A model generated the notes under the pieces. That model saw only the letters and a program-made list of their open reading frames with translations. It ran no database searches and was not told the origin of the DNA. From Lama guanicoe (lineage: Eukaryota), in contig MU054220.1 in NCBI GenBank assembly GCA_013239625.1, positions 1,913,509 to 1,977,508 on the forward strand: a stretch of DNA of 64,000 nucleotides, given 5' to 3'. Shown piece by piece: positions 11,360 to 25,509 of the stretch (its first letter is position 1; every line of letters begins with the position of its first letter). The translations under genes and the position numbers were made by a program.

Positions 11360-13740
11360 CCCTCAGGCTCAGGTTCAAATCTTGGCTCTGCAATTTCCCA
11401 GCTATGCAACCTTGGGCAAATTGCTCAATCTCTCTAAATCTCAGTTTCTCATCTGTAAAATGGGAATGACGATACCTACCTTGTAGGATTGAAGTCAAGA
11501 TTAAAAGAGGTGATGTCTACAAAGTACTTAGCAGAATGTCTAGAACACAGTAACATCAAACAACGGGAGCTATTTTGCTTTTGTTTTGAGCTCCTGTGGG
11601 GCAAATGCAGGAGAGGAGAGGAGAGGAGGAGGGTGTTTCTTGCAAAGTTTAAATGCTTAAATACCTAGGAATGTTCTGCCTTGAAAATCTGTCAGGTAGC
11701 TTCAGCCAAACCTGGTTTTGAATACTCTCTTGCAGCAGGCATTCATTTAGTGCCTCCTCTGTTCCTGGCATAGCGTTACAGCGAGGAACAAGACAGCAGT
11801 CTCCCGCACACCTGAGGCTCACACTCTGGCATTTGTTAGCTCTAAATGCTCCTGCCTGTTTGCACCCTTTGGTTCTAAGAGCTCTCCAAGATCTCTTCTG
11901 GGCAGCACTTTGTGCTTCAGGAATAACAGCAGTGAGACTGACTAGTCACCGAGCTCTGTGCTCAGGCTTTGAATTAGCTCACTTAACCTTCATGACAACC
12001 TCATGAAGTAGACTCCAGTATTCCCAGCCCCATCTCACAGCTAAGGACATGGAGGCTTAGATAGATGAAATCATCTCGTGTGTGAGGAGAGGAGGGTCCA
12101 GAGCCTGGGGGACAGGACGAAGATTTGGCTTCCCAGAGCAAGATCCTGGGCTGGGTGGCTTAATCATGAAAATGCTAACAGTTAACATTTACTGAGCACC
12201 TGCTATGGGCCAGGCACTGTTCTTCCAAGGGTTTTCCCAGTACTGTCTCAACTAATCTTAACTATGGTCATCCCCACTTCGCAGACACAGAAACTCAGAT
12301 CATGCATGCTCAAATGGTAGAGCTGGAATTCAAACTCTGGCAGTCTGGCTCCAAAGTTTACCCAACTAACATTCCCAGCACCTTGATCTTATCAGCCGTA
12401 ATGTGTGAAGGCTTAAAAGCTTATTATTCCCTCCAAACAAACTGCAGGAACTAAATAGCTCCAGGTGAACTGGATCAAGGAGACAATTCAAGTGAATTGG
12501 GATTTTTTTTTCACGCAAGAAATTGAGTCTGAAAGGTTCTAATTACTGTCGACAGGAAAGCCTGCAGCTCCAGCACCATAGCCTGCACTGGGCAGGCAGC
12601 CATGGGGAGGTGGGGGGGTGAGTGCACCTGTGCTGGTGGTGATACCACCATTTCTTATCCCTGCCCACCTGCCGGCGCTCCACTTCCTGGCAGGTGCAGG
12701 GAAGGTAAGTGGTGTGTACCACCAGATGCCTTCTCTGAAGGAATCTCCCCCCAATTAGGAAAGCCTCAGCCAGCAGGTCCTGCAAGTTCAAAGGCAAAGA
12801 CATAAGAAGACTTTGGTATAAGATCAAAATCAGAGTACTCCCCACAAATTGGTGCTTCTCTTTCTGTGGGTGGTCAGAGCTGTTGAACTTTCTTATTCCA
12901 AACCTTCTAATAGTCCCATTGACTGTGTGCCTGGCTCTGGACCAGAGGTTCCTATACCCCTGATCCTATCATCTCAGGAGGCAGTACAGGGAGCCTGCAG
13001 CTCACAGCATGGACTTCAGAGTTAGACTGCTTGGGCCCAAATCCAAGCTTTGCTACTGATGTCAAATTACTTAACCTTTCAGCACTCTATGCCTCAGTTT
13101 TCCTGTCTATAAAGTGGGAATAATACTGGTACCAACATCATACAGTTATTGTAAGTTAATGTAAAGTACTTAGGACAATGGCCCATTATAAGTGCTCTGT
13201 TAGTATTTGCTATTGTTATTTTAGAAATAAAGAAATTAGGGTGTCATTAAGGTTAGTTACTTTTTCAAGGAAACAGAGCTAGCAAGAGGAGAGAGGATTG
13301 AGATTCAGAGTAAGCCCGGCTAGCTCCAAAGGCCCCGTGATTTCTTCTCTAGCTGGTGGGATCTAGCTGGTTTACAGGGGACTTTACTTCTGATGAAAGG
13401 CTTGTTAATGTCAGGTGACTGACAGACTCTCTAAATTAAACATACAGATACCCTTCAGGTGAGCCACATGAAACCGGGCCAGGCAGGTGTATTAGCGCAG
13501 AACCCAGACTGTAAGGTCAGACAACCTGGCTTCAAAACCTACCGCTTACCACCAGTATGACTTGGACAACTTAGACAACTTCTCTGAACTTTGGTTTCCT
13601 CATCTTAAAACTGTGACTAACCAGAGTACCTACCTAAGGAGATTGTTATAAAAATCAAATGAGGTCATTTGTCTCGAAGGCACTTTTCTGAAGAATCAGC
13701 AAAATGGTAGAATTATTTAATAATTATTAACGGATTAAAA
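11360..13740. mobile_element. Cluster of MIR SINEs: 11360-11580(+), 11925-12075(-), 12170-12360(-), 12980-13220(+), 13490-13740(+)
   Basis: Repeated MIR cores (ctcagtttctcatctgtaaaatggg; gcctcagttttcctgtctataaagtggg; ggtttcctcatcttaaaa) and their reverse complements, separated by unique sequence. Confidence 0.8.
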
Positions 13741-14136
13741 CTTGAAGTCCTGAAATTAAGGCATCTTTGGACCTAACTAAAGCCCTCAGCACAATGCTTG
13801 GCACAGAGTAGTAAATATCTGTTGAAGGAATGAATGGATGAAAACATGCACTGCTTAGTGACCCAGATGAAAATTCGGATGGACGAGTTTCTGGTCATGA
13901 TGTGAATACAGAGACGGGGATCTCCGTGCACAAGAGGCGTGACTAGAAATTTAGGGCAGTGTGAGGAGATGCCAGGAGCTGTAAAATGTTGAAAATGAAA
14001 GATATCCTGCTTGGTAGGTGCCACAACTCTCAGCAAACACAATAAATCATGGCAGGTGTAACTACATTTCATGGGCTTGCCAACCTCCTTGCACTTTATC
14101 AAGTGCTCAATCCAATCAGTGTGAATATTTACTTTC

Positions 14137-14253
14137 TTTATTTGTTTAGGGGGGAGGTAATTAGGTTTATTTATTTATTTTTAATGGGGATTAAACCAGG
14201 ACCTCATGCATGCTAAGCATGTGCTCTACCACTGAGCTCTCCCCTCCCTTCCA
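14137..14253 (-). mobile_element. Camelid tRNA-derived SINE (Vic-1 type)
   Basis: Reverse complement reads gggaggggagagctcagtggtagagcacatgcttagcatgcatgaggtcctggtttaatcccc...aaacctaattacctcccc. 15-bp TSD tgaatattta(c/t)tttc at 14122-14136 and 14254-14268. Confidence 0.88.
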
Positions 14254-17200
14254 TGAATATTTATTTTCAGAGGAATATATCACCAAATTTACCATGAAAA
14301 TCGGAAGCCTAAGGTTTACTTAGTAATTCACTTTACTACTATTACAACTCTAGCATGAATACTGTAGTTTTCAAGATACCAGCCCCTGACTCAAAATACT
14401 CTTTTGTTGGTTATTTGACTCTGATCCTAGAGCGTGACAGATAATGTTATCTGGCTAAGATAATTAATCTAGTCAGAAACTACTGATGCCCAATAGATTC
14501 AAGGGCTAACTCGTTCTCACTTCCTCCTTTCTTGGAAAAGAAGGATTGAAGATCTTCTCTTGTCTTTTCCACATCTGGTCTGCCTTCTTGCTGTGGAAAC
14601 TCCAGTCTCTGAAGCTCTGTGGGGGCAGCTTAGTCATCTCTACATCCTCCTCGCAGACCTCCATGTGTGTCCACACATTTGCTCACAAGAACTGAAGCAG
14701 TGTGTGGTTGTGGATTCAGATGCCTCCTGCTCTTCCTGAGAAATGGTGCCTTTTCTGGGGTCAGAGTGGTGTTACTAAAGACGACCAGTGGAGGGGTGCC
14801 GGATGGAAGGAACCAGGGCCATATCTTTGTCCCTTACTCAAAGAAGCCTTCCCCAAAGCTAGAATCAAGGGTTTTTAGCTCCAAAGATATGGGGGATGAA
14901 GTGGGGTGTAGTCTGAATTCATTTGCATGAGTGCCTTCATGCTGAGGGCTGGGTGAGCTGGTGCTGGGACAAGAGCCGGAGATAATGAAATGCTACCAAG
15001 CCACGGGGAATCCCAGAGGACTGAACAACCTCTAGTTGGTTGGCTGCATGATCTCAACAGGAACTACCACAGAGGCCAGAGAACACCACAGCCCATGAGT
15101 GGACTCTCCAATTTTCAGCTGCAATTGTTTTTCTGTTCTTTTATGCTGGGGTTGTGAAGGCTTATTCCAAGTGACACTCACCCTCGGCCAGGCTGCTCTG
15201 CCAAGAGATGCTCGGAAGGACACGGATAATTCAGGGCATGACCATACCGCCCCTTCCTTTCCCCAGGGCACTGAGGCTTTGGTACCAGTCCACAGCTGAG
15301 TAAATAACTCAGTGCTACTCGGCCAGGAGGAGGAAGGGAGTGAGGGAGAGTAGGGGGAGGGGAGAGGAAAGAGGCAAGACATCTGACAGCTTCACTCCCC
15401 AGGTAGGACTTGGTACCACAAGTCACAAGGAGATTGCTAACATCCTAGGGCCATGTTCCTGTTAAGCAAATCCCTCGAAGAAGAGCAGGTGGGGTCCTTA
15501 AATTTTATCTTCTTTGACAGCACTGTTGTTTTATAGTGCACATGGAGGAAAATGATCATTAATTTACTGAAAGGGAAATGATTTTATGAAAGGAATGAGA
15601 AGCAATGGCTTCCAACGACACCTGTGGGGTAGAGTACTCAGGCCATTATTAACACTATCCTTTGCCAACTCATTACTCCCCAGAGCATGTGTAGTGTGTT
15701 CAACCAGGGGCAGAAAGCCAGACCCTTTAGTTTTTATATTTTATTATGACTAAGCCCAACATCAAGCAACTCTTTCTTTTTAACCAGTATATATGTTCTA
15801 GGCAAAGTACTAAATCAGACATAGTAATAATTTCATGGCAATTTTTGGAGTGAACAAAAGAAACTCCCAAGGAACTGTTTATGTGACATACAGATTTAAA
15901 GAAATGTGAGCATTTCTAATCAGGGCCTGAAAATTCTTCCCCAGGGGCTGTGCGTGGCACGTCATGGCGATCTGACCAGGTTTTTGGGCTATCTGTGGCC
16001 ATCCCTAGCCACTACCGTGGGACTGAACCAGAGGGCTGGGCTGATAAGTAGGGAACCTCTAGACTGTCAGGCCCTTGGGGTGTTGCCCTCTCTTCTGTTC
16101 ATCACGAGTTTGTTGAGAGTTGGAGGATGGAGGCAAGGTTTGATTCTGGGCAGGGAGACTGTCTCAGACGGCTTTGATGACATCAAACACAACGGGCTGA
16201 ACGTGCCCAGCGTGGGGAGCCATAGGGCACTGTGGAAGGAGGACCAGCCAGGAGAAAACAAAGTCTCTCTCCAGTAGCAATGGAGCACGGGCACAGTCCC
16301 CTGACAGTTTATTGGGGAAACAGAGGCAGCTTTGAAAACCAAAATGTGGAGCAGTTTCTTGGCAGCATAAGCTCCCAAAGGGCCCGGCCGCCCATCAAGG
16401 AAGTTATTTCAAGCCTAGCATTTGCACCATCATTCACATTCTAATCGACAGACCAACTAGTCCAGCCCTACCAGGGTTGCTCCTTCACATTTTTGTTGGG
16501 AAACAGGAGGATAGGGTGTGCCCTTTGAAACAGATTCCAGAGCCAAGGTATAATTTTCATCCAGGAAGACGCAGGTGCTGTGGCAAGCTCCTGTGACCCA
16601 CTCCTGTTCTAAACTGAACAGAAGTGGTCATACAGGCACAGAGTGGAGAATGAGGTTCATTCCCTCCTCGTGGTGCACAAAGGCGAGAGGAGACACTCTG
16701 CCCTCTCAGTGGTGGTGTTATCTGGGATACATGACTCAATCTTTAAAAAAGAGACAGTATTTAAAATTTCCTTATATGGGTTTTAACAGCCATGATGAGA
16801 GTTCTCATGTTTTTGTTTTTGTTTTTTGGAAAAAAGTCTGTCCTTCATGGTATAGAGAAAAGAACTTGGTCTGAGTTCTACAAAGAACTAAGTACATGAC
16901 TCTGGCCACAGGTTTTCTGGACCTCCATTTTCTCACCTATAAAATAAGGATGTTGTGGTATGCGAGGGCTGAACGAAAGTTTTAAACAGATATACTTAAA
17001 AAAATGGAAATCTTATGTATGACATAGATAAAAATAAAGCTTTTCGTACCCAACTTTGTCCTTAGGAGGTTCACCGAGGCTAGAGGTGTGGGGGTGAGGT
17101 GGCTAGGACAGAAGGCCTGACGCACTGATTTAAAACCCTGGGCTTTATAGAGGAGTTTATTTTAATTTTATTTATTTTTTTTTTCTCATTCACATGATGG

Positions 17201-17574
17201 TTTCATTTTAATTTTTTTAAATGGCTGAGTTATATATACAGCTAGTGTGCAGTAATTTTATAATTTTTAATATGCATTATCAGCAATAACATTGTGACAG
17301 CTCCATATTGTGGACTAACACACAATACTTAGAACAGATTGATCATATTTCGTCTTTAGGTAAATAATAAATATTTTAAAATTGCCTAAATATCCCATTC
17401 TGAGCCATTTCATTCCACCAGGAAAATACAGGGTTTTTCCCTCTCTTTAAAAAAATTAAATGCCAAAATAACTACATTTAAATAAATAACATTATGATGA
17501 TGGCATTTAAAAATTCACAATAAGGCCAAAGCCCTCTCTCTATAGAGTTGTTTAAAAACTACTGGCCCTGACCC

Positions 17575-18300
17575 TCAGGTAGTTAAGAATGTAGATGCTT
17601 GAATCAACCAACCTGGATCCAAAACCTGGTTCTTAAGCTAACAAGCTATGTGACATTGAGCAAGCCAATTAGAAATGAGAATGAACAGTACGAATAAGAA
17701 TATGAATAATGGTAATACTAATACTAACCATGGAGAGTTTTGAGAAGACTAAAAGAAATGCTTAAAAAAAGTGGGCGGTGGTAACTTTAAAGCGCTGGTA
17801 TAGGGCCCCGGGAGGCACTCAGTGCACAGTACCTACTCTTGTTTTAGCTCCTGCACTGGAGGCGCACAGGTGGGATGGCACCTGCATAACAAAAGGCACA
17901 ATTCATTGAAGCTCTCCAGCTCAAGCTAGTGGGCGGCGGAAACAATCTTATTCCTTATCTCATAATTATTTTATCTTGCCTTTGTTCTTATTGACGAGTG
18001 AATAGCAGACTTCCTGCCTGAAGGCAGGTGCACAGCACTTTCCTTGATAGTCGATGCCCTGCCAATCCTGTGTCTTCTCACTATTAAAAGTAATGATGAG
18101 TCATATTTATAGAGAGACTGTATAATTACGCAAGCCATTTTCATATGCATTATCACTCTGATCCCTATAAGAACCTTGTGGGGCAGAGAGAGGAAGTGGT
18201 ATTACTCCCATTTTCATAGACAAGGAGAATGGGCCTCAGGGAGGGACAAAATCACGCAGTAAATGGTAGAGCCAGGATCGAATCAAGCCTTCCCTTTCCA
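17575..18300. mobile_element. Two MIR SINEs: 17575-17840(+) and 18085-18300(-)
   Basis: gtagttaagaatgtagatgc...gctatgtgacattgagcaag; ccattttcatagacaaggagaatgggcctcagggagg. Confidence 0.7.
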
Positions 18301-20254
18301 GGGCAAGGCCTCTTTCTACTCCTTAGGCCAGTTCCCTGTGGTAACCTTTTCTTGCCATGTGGTCCTTGGGACCCTGGAACTCAGCCTGCTTTTATTTCTT
18401 CTATGGATTAAAAAAAACACCTAGCAGAGAGAATCCCATAGTGCAAACGCAGTAAATGTTAGCTGCAAATGTTATTACTGTGACTATTGAAATCTGCCGC
18501 CAGGTGGTCCACCTCTTTCTATCATCCTTCTCCTCGGCTGGATCCAGGGTCAGATGTGGTCCACCTGGCTCCCAGCTTCCTTGCTGCCCCCAAACAAACT
18601 GACAGACCCTTTCTATTTTAGGTGATTTCCTAATCTCTATAAGAAAATAGAGAAGAGAGAACAAAAACTATCAATATTTTAAGCCAGTATAGGCCGGCAT
18701 CTGCAATTTTAACAGGACCAGACACAGATTAGCAAGAGAAAGGTATTTTTAATGTACATAAAAAATACTTCCAACTACCTTTTTCCTTCCCAATTTAAAA
18801 TCAGGCTGATAGCTGGGATGGAATTTCATAAGCTATCAGGGAAACTGTCTGATGAGGACTTGTCTGAGAAAGCAAGCTACAGAAAACAAAAACCAATCAA
18901 AGTTATTTCTCTAGGCTTTCCACTGTCCAAAGTAGCCATTGAATAAATATGAAGTGGAACAGATTATGCATTTGTTTTGCTTAAAATGCATTTTCCTTCT
19001 TCTCTAAATAAATATAAGAAGAAGCAGTGGCTGACGGAGTTACTCACTGAGGGTGAGCTGAACCAAGGCAAACTAAAAATAAAAAACAATCTAAGGTCTC
19101 TGGTTCTCAATGATTGTGTGAGTAGGGGAAGGCCGTTGCCAGCATGTAGGCGTATTTATAAAGACCACAGCCTGTTCTCTTGTCAGAATCCACTAACTTC
19201 CACCAGTGATGCTGGATTTATGGCTACCCATCAGCTAAAAAAATGGACTTAAGAAACAAAAACAGCAGAAACCAGAGAGGGCTGGATGTAGATAAACACA
19301 TTTCTTCAGATGAATCCACCTTTGTCTTCTCTGCTGTTTTCTGTCTTTTGTGGGCATATATAATGTACCGTATCTCTAATTATATGTATATGTGTGGGTA
19401 AGAGAAAGAAGCAGCTAGAGACAGAGGGTGTCTGACTCTTTGGGGACTGGACGGGAAAGGAAATTGATGTTACAGTTTCTGTTCCTTAAAGCCATCAGTT
19501 TTGTTTTTCAAAGTATGGTTTTCCTGGTAAAAGATTCTTTGCCTGTAATGTGAGTGAATCACTCATCTTACTTTAATAAACATGTGAAACAAATGCTAGT
19601 GGCTTGCTATCCTGGGAAATGACACAATGGTTAGGCTTTCTAAACCCTGATCCTTATCTTTCAGTGGGACTGGTAGGCATACAAAAAGAAAGGAAAAAGA
19701 TAAAAAATACCCCGATGGCATCAAAGGATGAACCTACCCAATTTCTTTAATGCGTAAGTATTCTAGAAGAAAAAGTCTGGCCTTACCCACTGTAGCTTGG
19801 ATAAGGTACTTGGTTTGCCCATTGATGGGAAGCCTTCAACTGGGCACCAACTCTGTATGTCTCAGTTTCTTCCACTGTCATGTCTCTCATATAAATGATC
19901 AGGGTTGATTAGACTGAGTTAAACATATTTTAAAGTATGTAACATTTATGTCTTTTGAATTTTGTCACGTTCACGTACAAGCCATCCAAAAAATTAAGAA
20001 AACAAACAAAAGTATGAGCAGTGAGAAGACATCAAATGGTCTTAAAAATGCAAGAGCATTCAGAACTATTAAAAAAAAAGTCTACATTTTTTGGTCTCAA
20101 TAATCCTCAGGGTTCTGTCTGGGTCTCACCTTCTAGGATGCTTTCACTGTAATTCTCTGTGGTTAAGGCAGTAGCATCAAGAACAAGTAGGATGTAATTT
20201 GAATCTAGGTAGCAAATGGGACTGCTATGAAACCCGTGTCACTGCCTTCCAGTG

Positions 20255-20860
20255 TAGCACGCTTAGTAACCAAGAACATCAGATTTGGAATGAAGACAAG
20301 CCTGGGATCAAAATGCCTCTGTTATTTCCTAGCTATGTGGCATGGGCAAAATTCTTTGGGGCCCAGTTTTCCCATCTATAAAATGGGATAACACTGCTTC
20401 CTTCTCAGACTCTACAAAAGGGGGCCCCCTGCCATTGCCCTAACTGCATATCCTTCTCACCCAGTACTCAGACCATTCCAGCCACACTGGCTTTGCTGTT
20501 CCTTGAATCTGTCAAGCATGCTCTTGTCTCAGGCTTTTGTACCTGCTGTCCCCCCTGGTCCCTAGATGCCTGTATTGCTCTGACCTCCTTCAAGTCTCTC
20601 TTTACATGCCATCGTACCAGTAGAGCCTCCCTGGCCATAAGCATTTAAAACAACAACTCTCCCCCTAGTCCCTGTCTCATTTTCCTGCTTTATTTTTCTC
20701 CATAGTACTTACCATTATGTGATCTACTACACATTTAAAAAAAATGTATTACCTGCTAGAATACAGTAGTATTCTATTTATCTCCCTACTAGAACGTAAG
20801 CTCCAAGAAGGCAAAGATTTTGATTCTTTTATTCACTATTGGTTCCCAATAAATCATTGT
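20255..20860 (+). mobile_element. MIR (20255-20410) followed by an L2 fragment (20440-20860)
   Basis: MIR core cccagttttcccatctataaaatgggataa; L2 ccagccacactggctttgctgttccttgaa...actagaacgtaagctccaagaaggc. Confidence 0.8.
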
Positions 20861-22959
20861 TAGAGAGGCAAGACTTCTGTGATGACTGAGTTAGACAAGG
20901 CTCGTGAAGCTCTCAGCACTCACGAGACAGAATACGGCTGGTAGACAGGTTTTGTTTGGCTTGAACTGTATTTTTAAATTTTTGTGTTGAAACATTAACA
21001 AAAAATCAAGACCTTTCCCACAATGCAATCTCAATTTCAGATATCTCTTTTGTAAAAGATCAGAAGAGACCTGGCAAGACTGGGCCAGCATTCCTGCATG
21101 GCCACAATCAGCACTGGCTGGAGCTGAGGCTGAGGACGCCCTTGTCAGTTTGCCACGTTCCCTGATGCAGCCCACTGAACAACACCTGTGCTTTCTTACG
21201 CTACCAGTCTGGCCACTGCAGGCATCTGAATTTTCAACCCCAGGCATAGAATTTCTTTCTGAAAGCACTTACAATAAAGATTTAATTCATCTGACTACAT
21301 GAGTTTAAGATGAAAAGAAATAAACTAGATGACCTCATGATATTAAGGGGAAAGGGCAAAATAAAAATTGTATACAGTATGATCCCATGTTTGCTTTAAA
21401 AGAAAAAAAAAGGATATAAATTTGCACAGGAAATAGAACAGAATACTTCAAGATGTTAATAATGGTGGTTAACTCTGGGTTTGGGGACTATGGGTAATTT
21501 GTGTTTTCTTACAATCAAAAGAATAAAGCCATCCAGATTAATGGTGTGAAAATTATATCTCAGGAAAGCTGTCAAAACCAGCAAGCAAGTCAGCCAGGCC
21601 GGCAGAAAAATTGTCAACTCTGCATCTTGCTTCAGAAACCTGTTTCCATGTCGCTCATTCTCAGTGGTTCTATCTGCCCCAAGTCACCTTGTTTTGTCCC
21701 TAATGAAAAGAGCTTGCAAAGCTGATAATCATTTAAAAAAATCCTTTATATGCTTCTGGATCTTATTATAATGCCCCTTGGCCCTTCCTTGTACCTGCTC
21801 ACAGTTTAGGCCCACTGGGGGACAGTAGGATTACATATCACTTCAAATGAGGGGTGGGAGGAAAAACACCTATCAAAGCTAGGGCTAAAACTGATTAGTT
21901 ACAATACTAACCAGATTTCATTTTTCTAGTCTCTAATCATATTTATTGATGGTTTTCCTTCCTTTCCACAGCCTAAGATGATTCTCTGTTTCTTCCTGGG
22001 AACAGTGTGGCCGAGCAGAAGGGAAGTCTCAGGAGACTTGAAGCCCTGCCTTGGCTCTGCCGAAAAACCTCACTTGAGCAAACTACTCACTCTTTAGGCC
22101 TTAGTTTCCTTATCTGTAAAATGGAGATAACAATCAATTACCTACTTGAGAGCAAAAGGCCAGATCTGTGATCCTGTGATTCCCAAGGCTCTTTTAACTT
22201 ACAAAATGGACCAACTTCCAATGCTGGGAACAATGAAGGTGGATTTTCTAGGTGTCTGTGCCCTACACAATAATACCTAACGTATTTAAACTTAACTAAT
22301 AGGCAATCTCAAAGATCTAATTGCCAGTAAACCTCTAAGTAGGCAAAACAGATGTCACGAAGTTCACACACTAAAGCTTATGTGGGTAACTTACAGGCTT
22401 CCAAGAAATGCTCTGATTATACTCACAGTTTTAGTAAGCTTGGCCATCTAGTTTCTAAGCCCAATACAGACCAGACAGAGTACTGCGGGAGCAGAAGAGG
22501 CACCGTAAAAGGCAGGTGCGAGGCCAGCAGTGAGAAATCAGACATGACAGTATGATAGAAACATGATAGAGAAACAGGAAAAAAAATATTTAAAATACAA
22601 TCTAGTTGCATTTAGGGTTCACTTCAATAAACTCTGAAGGTAGTAGTGTTTTCCAGCATAATACTATAATTTATGTTTATAAATATATACTCAGCTGCCA
22701 AAATAAGTTCTATTTAAGAATGCAGGGAACAGTATTATGTGTATATTTAAATATATTTGAAAAGATTTCCATGTAAATTATATTAAAAACAACAAAAATT
22801 TCTGGTACTCAAACAGCAGTAGGCTATAAAATTATAAAACTCTTCTTTTGAGTTTTTCTATATTTACTGTTTCTAAGCCATTTATTTATCACTTCTTATC
22901 CACTGCCTCATTGGTCATCTGTTTTTGGTCATATGTTTTTAAACTACCTTTCTGAGTCC

Positions 22960-24260
22960 TATATACCCATTACCTCATTTAATCCCTCGTAACTGTCCTA
23001 TTAGGTAAATATTGTTGTTCTCATTTTACTTGCAGATGCAGGGAGGTTAGGTCATCTGCCCAGTTATATAACTAGCAGGTAGCACATTCAGGCTTTGAAC
23101 CATGGGTCGGCTTGAATCTAAAGCATGTGCTTTTAAGTATTCGATGATACATTGATGACATATGTGTCTGTTTGCCCCATTACCACCAAATGACTGAGAA
23201 TAAGGACTCCATCTCACCTGCTTTTATATGCCCTGGGGAATGGTACATAGTAGGCACTGAAAAAATGTTCAATGGACTTTATTTCTCTGCGTCCTTATAT
23301 AGATCCCAAACCCTTAAAAGCAATGTAGTATATAGTATATCCCAATGCATGGCTCACAGAACATCTGTATCCCAGACATACGGAATCAGAATCAGAATCC
23401 TCAGGGTCAGGATGTGTGAATGTGCTTTTGAACAAATAGCTCACCTGAGCTATTTGTTTTACGTGTATCAGTGTTTGAGAACTGTTGACTTAGTGCTTGA
23501 AAGCACATTCTTTGGAGTTAGTCAATCCCAGGTTCAGATCCCAGTTCCACTACTTAATAGCTGAATGATCTGGGGGGCAAGTTAGTTCAATTCTTTGAGC
23601 TCCGATTCCGTCATTTTAAAAATGGAAATAACGGAAACATCCACCTCACAGGGTTTTTGAAGGGACAAAGTTCATTCATCCACCAGGAGTTACAGAACAT
23701 CTACTATGTGCAGCTACAGGTTTTTAGGTGCTTAGGATACATCAGGGGCAAAGAGACAAACTCTTTGCCCTCATGTAGCTTACCTCTTATTGGAGAAGAC
23801 AGATAATAAATGATAAACAAAATAAATAACTTCATAGTAAGTTATTGATAAGTTTAATGGAAAAAACAGAATAGAGCAAGTCACCTAGGGAGTGTAAGGC
23901 GGGAGTGGTGGTATCATTTTCTAGGAAGGAGCCTAGTTGGGTTGCATGAAGATTTGAAGAAAGTTAAAAAGTAACTTTGGCAGACATCTGAGGGAAGAGC
24001 ATTCCAGGCAGAGGAAACAGCCACTGCAAAGGCCATGTGGAGGGAACGTGCTGACTGGGTAAGAGGAACAGCATAGAAGCCGGTGTAGCTACAGCCAAGA
24101 GAACAAGGAGGAAAGGACTAAAGGGTGAGCTTAGAGAAATAACTGCTGGGGCCAGTTCATGTATGGCCTTTCAGGCCTACAAGTAGGGATTAAATAAGAT
24201 AGTCATGTTAAGTGCTTGGAACAGTATATCGTACACAGTGAACATTTAATGGATGGTATC
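22960..24260. mobile_element. Nested old repeats: MIR(-) 22960-23140, L2 tail 23160-23270, MER5-like 23318-23485, and a MIR(+) split by an L2(-) at about 23670-24180
   Basis: The MIR 5' half ends at ccacctcacagggtttttgaaggg (about 23665) and resumes at gggattaaataagatag (about 24186). The intervening sequence is antisense L2 (ttcattcatcc...gggaagagcattccaggcagagg). Confidence 0.75.
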
Positions 24261-25509
24261 TATATCTGTATTTACATTAATATCTTCTGGTCCCTAAGCA
24301 GGGCTAGTCTGGAAAGTCAGGCTACAGGGACTACAGCACCTTTTATGTACTTTGGTGGGGTTACAGAGTCCTTCAACATTTCTAAAAGTACAGAAATCAA
24401 ACAGATCAAAGGCCTGGGTGATTCCCCAGCAGCAAGTAGAGATGGTTAATTCACTGCAGGTGCTCAGAAAACTGAACTAACAGAGACACACAAAGTCAAC
24501 ATTGTGTCAATAAAAGACAGGGAAGGAGTGGGTGTGGATGCGGTGGGCTTGGCTAAAGGCTGAAACCAACAGAGGAGTCGTTAGTAACGTAAGAGAAAAA
24601 GCAGTGGAGCGTGGACGTATCACCTACAGCAGATGAAACACATTCTAATATCAATGAGACCACAAAGTCATGAGAATAATGACTACAGACTGCCAGGGAG
24701 TAAGGGAGCCCAGCAACATGAACGCACTTGTATGAGGCAGAAACAAATTAAGAGATTCAGGCAAAACTCTCTGTTTCCTGGTGGAGGAGGCTCTTTAATC
24801 TTTAATATCTCTCCCCTGACACCAGGCGCTGATCTTGCCCCAGCAAGACAAAGGATGGTGTCTGAGAAGCTAACACTTCCCGTTTGGGCAAAGGACTTCT
24901 GAGGATATGGGTGCCATGTGTCTGCCAGGCTAAAAGGACGGGTCCTCTCTGCTGTTTCACAGCTGGGAAGACACCCCCGCCCACCCTCCAAGGCTCTCAC
25001 AATGGAAAGAGCTGCCTGCAGTGCCCTAGGGCTGTGGAGAGGAATGGGGTCTCTGGGAACTGGAGGCAGACAAGGGTGCAATAACGGCTGGAGAAAGATA
25101 CCCTGGCGGGCTTCTAACTGCTTATAATTGTGCCCGTTTCTTCTGGCACCTGCCCTAGGGAAAGCAAAGCCAGGCACTGTCCAGTGGAAATCTGGAAATG
25201 GGCATCCTTTGTGGCCTCAGTTACGCCAGCTTGGCGAGGAAGGGGAGTGCAGTGCTTAGTCTCTGTGACCCCGACCTAACCTATTCCACGGGGAGCAGTT
25301 TAGGCTGAGTCGGAAGAAATCAGGAGCAACTCACTGTATGTGATCTTCAAATCAACACATTTCAATTTGGAATTAAAACCATTATGAAAACCAGTATGAA
25401 GAATCTTGTATTTTTATTCCATTCCTCAAACTATTTGTTGGTCTGCCTTTACCATCTCCTGATAATAACTGTATATTTGCTTTGGGAGTTCTTAATTGCT
25501 ACATTCCTA

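Noticed and set aside
16960..17060. Possible degraded mariner-type MITE (acgaaagtttta ... taaagcttttcgt)
   Set aside because: Only about 12 bp of the inverted repeat match, and the outer ends and TA duplication are not convincing.
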